A DNA stretch of 32,000 nucleotides from Wigglesworthia glossinidia endosymbiont of Glossina morsitans morsitans (Yale colony) (GTDB lineage Bacteria; Pseudomonadota; Gammaproteobacteria; Enterobacterales; Enterobacteriaceae), in the NCBI RefSeq assembly GCF_000247565.1, contig NC_016893.1:1-32000 (forward strand), in the 5' to 3' direction. A program made the translations under genes and the position numbers. The notes beneath the pieces are model-generated. The model was given only the letters and a program-made list of their open reading frames with translations. It ran no database searches and was not told the DNA's origin. This document shows, in pieces, positions 26,568 to 32,000 of the stretch; the stretch's first letter is position 1; the number at the start of each line of letters is the position of its first letter.

Positions 26568-27068
26568 TTATACTTCATTTTTACGTTTAAATATTTTAAA
26601 GCAAACATCATATAAATTCAAATAATCCTGTAAAAAATACTTTTCAAATACAAGATTCCACTTTTTTTTATCGTAATGTGGAAAAAATACATTTCCGAAT
26701 ATTAATGCATTAATATCAGTAATATATAAAGTACTTGCTTGAGGCAAAAAAATTTCATAAATTTTTTTTCCACCTATTATCATAATTTCTTTATGTGTTC
26801 TAACAAAATTTAGCGCTTTTTTCGGATCATCAGTAAATTGGCACTTATCAAAGTTTTTATTTATTTTTTTATTTTTACTTAATATAATATTTATTCTATT
26901 TCGTAATGGTTTTCCTATAGACTCAAATGTTTTTCTTCCCATAATTACTGGTTTGTATATAGTATTTTTTTGAAACCATATTAAATCTTGAGGTAAGTAC
27001 CACGGTATCGAATTATTATATCCGATTACTCCATGTTTTGCTTGTGCCCAAATAATACTAATGTTCAT
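26568..27068 (-). CDS. folA: Dihydrofolate reductase
   Basis: 166-aa ORF; ISIIWAQAKHGVIGYNNSIPWYLPQDLIWFQKNT, KPVIMGRKTFESIGKPLRNRINIILS, IMIIGGKKIYEIFLP. Confidence 0.96.
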   Translation of the reverse strand: MNISIIWAQAKHGVIGYNNSIPWYLPQDLIWFQKNTIYKPVIMGRKTFESIGKPLRNRINIILSKNKKINKNFDKCQFTDDPKKALNFVRTHKEIMIIGGKKIYEIFLPQASTLYITDINALIFGNVFFPHYDKKKWNLVFEKYFLQDYLNLYDVCFKIFKRKNEV

Positions 27069-27091
27069 AATTAAAATATATCTTATAAATT

Positions 27092-30000
27092 TTATTTTTT
27101 TTCGAAATGGATCTGTGCATGTGCTTCTTGTAGAGAAATAATATTTTTTATAGGATCAGTGCCTAAAGCTTTAATAATTGGAAAACATTCAAAATTTCTA
27201 TCAGAATAAACTTTCTTTTTTAAAGAAACTGACCAAAAATATTTTTTTATTTTTGGTTTCATATGATTTTTATGATCAAAAATTGCAATATAATCGTATT
27301 TACCATATATAATGTGTTGTTTTAAGTTAATATTTTTTTTATATATTTTATTTATTAACTTTATATCAATTCCGTATTTTTCAAGAAAAATAGCAGCACG
27401 TTCATTCATATCTAATAAAAAACGATATTTCAATAAATATTGTACTATTTTTAAAAAATTGCTTTTATCATTGTTAAGAAATAATAAAAATGCTTTTTTC
27501 ATTAAAGAAAATTGATAATTGATTTCGATTTGACTACTAAATATAGCTTTCGATAAAGCTTGAAACATGCAGTTATTAATTCCCATGACTTCTCCGGTAG
27601 AATACATTTCTGGGCCTAGCATGATATTGCATCCTGGAAATTTATGAAACGGCAACGTCACTTCTTTAACAGCAAAATAAGGAGGCAAAATTTCTTGAGT
27701 TTTTTGTTGATCTAATAACGATTTTCCAATCATTACTAAAGTAGATATTTTTGTAAACGAAACACCTGTTGCTTTTGAAATAAAAGGAATACTGCGTGAT
27801 GCCCTAGGATTTACTTCAATTAAATAAATTTCTGTATTTTGAATTGCAAATTGAATATTTATGAAGCCTACAATTTTTAAAGCAATAGCAATTTTTTTAG
27901 TTTGTTCTTTAATTTGGTTTTTAATTTTTTCTGAAAGAGTATATGAAGGAAAAACAGATGTAGAATCTCCAGAGTGAATTCCTGCGTATTCTATATGTTC
28001 TAAAATCCCACAAATTAATATATTTTTTCCATCAAAAATTGCATCTACATCTATTTCGATAGCGTGTTCTAAAAATTCATCTAACAAAATTGGGAAATAT
28101 TGCGAAATATTCTTTATATTAAAACAATATTGTATTAATTCTGATTTATTATATATAATTTTCATCAAACTTCCTCCTAAAACGTAAGAAGGTCGAACAA
28201 TTATTGGATATCCAATAATTTTGGCATTTTTAAAAACAGATATAACAGTTGTAGAAATAGCATTTTTGGGTTGTTTAAGATTTAAATCGTGCACTATTTT
28301 TTTAAATTTTTCTCTATTTTCTGCAACATTAATATATTTTGCTTGTGTACCAAGAATAGGGATATTAAAAGCATCTAGCTCGGAAGATAATTTTAAAGGA
28401 GTTTGACCTCCACATTGAATAATGATTCCTTTAGGATTTTCAATTTTTACAATTTCTAAAACATCCTCTAATGTAATTGGTTCAAAATATAAACGGTTTG
28501 CTACATCATAATCTGTAGAAACAGTTTCTGGATTACAATTTACCATAATGGTTTCATATTTATTCTTTTTTAACGCAATTAAAGCTTGAACGCAACAATA
28601 ATCAAATTCGATTCCTTGTCCTATACGGTTGGGTCCGCTTCCAAGAACTAAAACTTTATTTTTATTTTGACTTGGTAAAGCTTCACATTCTTCTCCATAT
28701 GTAGAATACATATAAGCAGTTTTAGTATTGAATTCTCCTGCACACGTATCGATCCTTTTATATACTGGATGTAAATCGTATTTTGCACGTAATTGCATAA
28801 TTTTACGATAATTAACATTTAACAAATTAGCTAATCTTGAGTCAGAAAATCCTTTTTGTTTGAGCAAAAAAAGACGTTTTTTAGTTAATCCAGATAAGCC
28901 ATATTGTACTATCTTACTTTCTAATTCTATTAGTTCATAAATTTGATATAAAAACCAACAATCGATTTTTGTTAAATGAGAAACAATGCGAACAGATATA
29001 CCAATACGAAATGCATCTGCTATGTACCATAATCTGCTTGGATTAGGTATTAAAAGTTTTTTATAAATAATTGATTTAATATTTTTTTGTTTTAAATTTA
29101 AGTTAGAATTAAATCCATCGTGTATATTTAATTCTAAACTTCTTATAGCTTTTTGAAGAGATTCTTGTTGATTTCTTCCAATTGCCATTACTTCTCCTAC
29201 AGATTTCATTTGCGTTGTTAGTGTTTTTTTGGAACCAGAAAATTTTTCGAAATTAAATCTAGGAATTTTTGTTACTATGTAATCTAAAGATGGTTCAAAT
29301 GCAATTGGAATTTTATTATTTGTTACTTTATTCATTAATTCATCAAGCGTATATCCTACAGATAGCTTTGTAGATATTTCTGCAATAGGAAACCCTGTAG
29401 CTTTTGATGCTAAAGCAGATGATCGCGATACACGCGGATTCATTTCAATAATTAATATTTTTCCAGATTTTGGATTTATTGCAAATTGCACATTTGCTCC
29501 TCCAGAATCTATCCCAATTTCACGTACTATTGCAATTGCAGCATTTCTTATTTTTTGATATTCTTTGTCACTTAACGTTTGCGCTGGAGAAACAGCAATA
29601 GAATCTCCGGTATGAACACCTATGGGATCAACATTTTCAATTGAGCATATAACAAGACAGTTATCTTTTTTATCACGAATAATTTCAAGTTCATATTCCT
29701 TCCATCCAATTAAAGATTCATCTATAATAAATTCAAAATTTTTTAAATGACGAGAAGTTTTTAAGAAGAATTCTTTTAAATCGTTTGTATTATAAATAAT
29801 TCCACTGTCAGAACCGCCCATTGCGAAAGAAGAACGTACAACAAAAGGAAAATTTAATTTTTTTGATATTTTTAATGCTTCACGTATAGATTTCACGCAA
29901 TAAGATTGTGCTGTTTCTAAACCTATATTATTCATAGCTTGATTAAATAAAACTCGATTTTCTGCTTTTTCAATAGCTTGTACAGTAATTCCTATGATAC

Positions 30001-30340
30001 TAACATTAAATTTTTTTAAAATTCCTTTATGGCTTAATTTGACTGCACAATTTAGTGCAATCTGACCTCCCATAGTTGGCAAAATTGCATCAGGACGTTC
30101 TTTTTGAATAATTTTTTCTATAATATTTATTTCGATAGGCTCTACATAAGTTGCATCTGCTATGTTTGGGTCTGTCATAATAGTTGCAGGATTAGAATTA
30201 ATTAAAATTACTCGATACCCTTCAGATTTTAATGCTCTACATGCTTGAGTGCCAGAATAATCAAATTCACATGCTTGTCCGATAATAATAGGACCTGAAC
30301 CTATAATTAAAATGCTTTTTATATCTTTACGTTTTGGCAT
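27092..30340 (-). CDS. carB: Carbamoyl-phosphate synthase large subunit
   Basis: 1082-aa ORF; MPKRKDIKSILIIGSGPIIIGQACEFDYSGTQACRALK, IEMNPRVSRSSALASKATGFPIA, KVLVLGSGPNRIGQGIEFDYCCVQA, VNPRASRSIPFISKATG. Confidence 0.97.
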   Translation of the reverse strand: MPKRKDIKSILIIGSGPIIIGQACEFDYSGTQACRALKSEGYRVILINSNPATIMTDPNIADATYVEPIEINIIEKIIQKERPDAILPTMGGQIALNCAVKLSHKGILKKFNVSIIGITVQAIEKAENRVLFNQAMNNIGLETAQSYCVKSIREALKISKKLNFPFVVRSSFAMGGSDSGIIYNTNDLKEFFLKTSRHLKNFEFIIDESLIGWKEYELEIIRDKKDNCLVICSIENVDPIGVHTGDSIAVSPAQTLSDKEYQKIRNAAIAIVREIGIDSGGANVQFAINPKSGKILIIEMNPRVSRSSALASKATGFPIAEISTKLSVGYTLDELMNKVTNNKIPIAFEPSLDYIVTKIPRFNFEKFSGSKKTLTTQMKSVGEVMAIGRNQQESLQKAIRSLELNIHDGFNSNLNLKQKNIKSIIYKKLLIPNPSRLWYIADAFRIGISVRIVSHLTKIDCWFLYQIYELIELESKIVQYGLSGLTKKRLFLLKQKGFSDSRLANLLNVNYRKIMQLRAKYDLHPVYKRIDTCAGEFNTKTAYMYSTYGEECEALPSQNKNKVLVLGSGPNRIGQGIEFDYCCVQALIALKKNKYETIMVNCNPETVSTDYDVANRLYFEPITLEDVLEIVKIENPKGIIIQCGGQTPLKLSSELDAFNIPILGTQAKYINVAENREKFKKIVHDLNLKQPKNAISTTVISVFKNAKIIGYPIIVRPSYVLGGSLMKIIYNKSELIQYCFNIKNISQYFPILLDEFLEHAIEIDVDAIFDGKNILICGILEHIEYAGIHSGDSTSVFPSYTLSEKIKNQIKEQTKKIAIALKIVGFINIQFAIQNTEIYLIEVNPRASRSIPFISKATGVSFTKISTLVMIGKSLLDQQKTQEILPPYFAVKEVTLPFHKFPGCNIMLGPEMYSTGEVMGINNCMFQALSKAIFSSQIEINYQFSLMKKAFLLFLNNDKSNFLKIVQYLLKYRFLLDMNERAAIFLEKYGIDIKLINKIYKKNINLKQHIIYGKYDYIAIFDHKNHMKPKIKKYFWSVSLKKKVYSDRNFECFPIIKALGTDPIKNIISLQEAHAQIHFEKK

Positions 30341-30341
30341 T

Positions 30342-31478
30342 TTAATTTCCTATTTTTGCATGTAAATTTTTTTCGATTAAATCAATAAATTTTTTAAATA
30401 AAAATAATGCATCTTGTGGTCCAGGGCCAGATTCTGGATGTCCTTGAAAGCTGAACACTGGTTTATTAATAAACTGAATGCCTTGCAATGTTCCATCAAA
30501 CATAGAAATATGAGTAATCATCATATTTTTCGATAATGTTTTCGGATCAACAGCAAAATCATGATTTTGAGAAGTAATAATAATTTTATTTTTTTTTAGA
30601 TCCTTTACAGGATGATTAGTGCCATGATGTCCAAATTTCATTTTAAATATTTTTGCTCCTTCAGAAAGAGCTAATAATTGATGTCCTAAACATATTCCTA
30701 ATATTGGAATATTACTTTTAAGTAATTTTTGAATATTATTGATAATATACTTATATTCTTCTGGATTTCCGGGACCATTAGATAATAAAATCCCGTCTGG
30801 ATGCAAAGAAAAAACATCTTTAGCTTTAGTATATGCAGGAACTACCGTAATACGGCAATTTAAATTATCTAATTGTTTTAAAATACTATTTTTAATACCA
30901 AAATCGTATGCTACGATATGATAAAAAAATTTTTGTGTAAATTTTTTATTTTTGATATATTTTGTTTTATTTTTCCAGACATATTTTTTTTTTGTAGTAA
31001 CTTGATTTGCCAAATCGAAAGTTTGATTTTTTAAAAAATTTTTTATTTTTATTTTAACAGATTGTACGGTAATATTTTCTTGCGATGAAATGCAACCAAC
31101 AAACTGCTTGCCCGTCGTTCTAATCAACCTAGTAAGCTTTCTTGTATCGATACCGCTAATACCAACAACGTTGTGCGCTGTAAGAAATTGAGATAATGTT
31201 AATTTATTACGTAAATTACTAATAATAGACGAATCTTGACATATAATAATTGCTTTTACTTGAATACACGAAGACTCGTTATCATCTCGAGTGATTCCGA
31301 CATTTCCAATATGCGGATAAGTAAATGTCACAATTTGATTAAAATAAGATGGATCTGTTATAACTTCTTGATAACCCATCATAGATGTATTAAAAATAAT
31401 TTCTCCAATAGCTATTTTATCTGATCCAATACTTTTACCATAAAATTGCATACCATTTTCTAATGTTAATAAGGCCAT
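30342..31478 (-). CDS. carA: Carbamoyl-phosphate synthase small subunit
   Basis: 378-aa ORF; class I amidotransferase nucleophile GICLGHQLLALS, HGTNHPV, FQGHPESGPGP, DPSYFNQIVTFTYPHIGNVG. 1-bp gap to carB. Confidence 0.97.
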   Translation of the reverse strand: MALLTLENGMQFYGKSIGSDKIAIGEIIFNTSMMGYQEVITDPSYFNQIVTFTYPHIGNVGITRDDNESSCIQVKAIIICQDSSIISNLRNKLTLSQFLTAHNVVGISGIDTRKLTRLIRTTGKQFVGCISSQENITVQSVKIKIKNFLKNQTFDLANQVTTKKKYVWKNKTKYIKNKKFTQKFFYHIVAYDFGIKNSILKQLDNLNCRITVVPAYTKAKDVFSLHPDGILLSNGPGNPEEYKYIINNIQKLLKSNIPILGICLGHQLLALSEGAKIFKMKFGHHGTNHPVKDLKKNKIIITSQNHDFAVDPKTLSKNMMITHISMFDGTLQGIQFINKPVFSFQGHPESGPGPQDALFLFKKFIDLIEKNLHAKIGN

Positions 31479-31525
31479 TTATAAACATTTTCTCCATAAT
31501 TTATAATAAAAATTGTTAAAATATA

Positions 31526-32000
31526 TTATTTCAATTTACTTTTTGTTAAAATATGATTCATGTTAAATAAACCAGATTTTTTTTGATATAACCATATTGC
31601 AGATTGAATTGCTCCTAAAGAAAAAATGTTTCTATCATACGCATGATGTGTAATTTCTATACTTTCCCCTAGAAAAGATAGAATAATTTTATGTTCTCCA
31701 ACTATATTTCCAGATCTAATAGAAGAAACTTTAATTTTACTACTTTGATAATTTCGAAAATTTCTTTTAATGCAATTACATATTTCAATAGCAGTTGACG
31801 ATGGAATATCAGATTTTTTTCTATGATGCATTTCTATAACATCAATATCAAAATTGTTAATATGAATAACATGAAAAATTTTTTTCAATAAGTTTAATAC
31901 AATATTCATTCCATAACTAAAATTAGAAGAAAAAAATATTGCTATTTTTTTCGACATTTCTTTAATAATTTTTTTTTGTTTTTTATTAAATCCTGTAGTA
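31526..32000 (-). CDS. dapB: 4-hydroxy-tetrahydrodipicolinate reductase, partial (5' end beyond the window edge)
   Basis: FSSNFSYGMNIVLNLLKKI, EMHHRKKSDIPSSTA, GNIVGEHKIILSFLGESIEITHHA. The track starts at M 31957, but the frame stays open to the edge and encodes ...TTGFNKKQKKIIKEMSKKIAI, matching DapB TTGF..., so the gene continues past 32000. Confidence 0.95.
   Translation of the reverse strand, partial: TTGFNKKQKKIIKEMSKKIAIFFSSNFSYGMNIVLNLLKKIFHVIHINNFDIDVIEMHHRKKSDIPSSTAIEICNCIKRNFRNYQSSKIKVSSIRSGNIVGEHKIILSFLGESIEITHHAYDRNIFSLGAIQSAIWLYQKKSGLFNMNHILTKSKLK

Noticed and set aside
31526-31957. dapB appearing as a truncated 143-aa gene, possibly a pseudogene
   Set aside because: The frame stays open to the window edge and encodes further DapB-like residues (TTGF...). 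The truncation comes from the window boundary and the track's choice of M.

Overview
This window is a gene-dense, visibly AT-rich chromosomal segment. It looks like the reduced genome of an Enterobacterales insect endosymbiont (Blochmannia/Wigglesworthia/Buchnera type; exact genus is inference). On the + strand, in order: mnmG; the ATP synthase operon atpBEFHAGDC (no atpI, and no rsmG before it); glmU; glmS. On the - strand: mnmE, yidC, yidD, rnpA, rpmH (rpmH is missing from the ORF track). On the + strand: dnaN, gyrB, lptD, surA (split in two), pdxA, rsmA, apaH. On the - strand: folA, carB, carA, and partial dapB running off the right edge. I found no mobile element, CRISPR array, prophage, toxin/defence gene, tRNA or rRNA, and nothing that amounts to a new biological system. 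The observations most worth checking are: (1) surA is broken exactly at a run of 10 A's, a candidate for transcriptional-slippage rescue, while A10 runs in yidC, rsmA and carA stay in frame; (2) dnaA and recF are absent from their usual slots, with about 450 bp of non-coding AT-rich DNA between rpmH and dnaN; (3) an unusual junction joins gyrB to the lptD-surA-pdxA-rsmA-apaH block; (4) the nucleotide-effector motif in CarB's allosteric domain has eroded; (5) LptD has lost one of the paired C-terminal cysteines. Family calls rest on my recall of homologous proteins, not on a database search.
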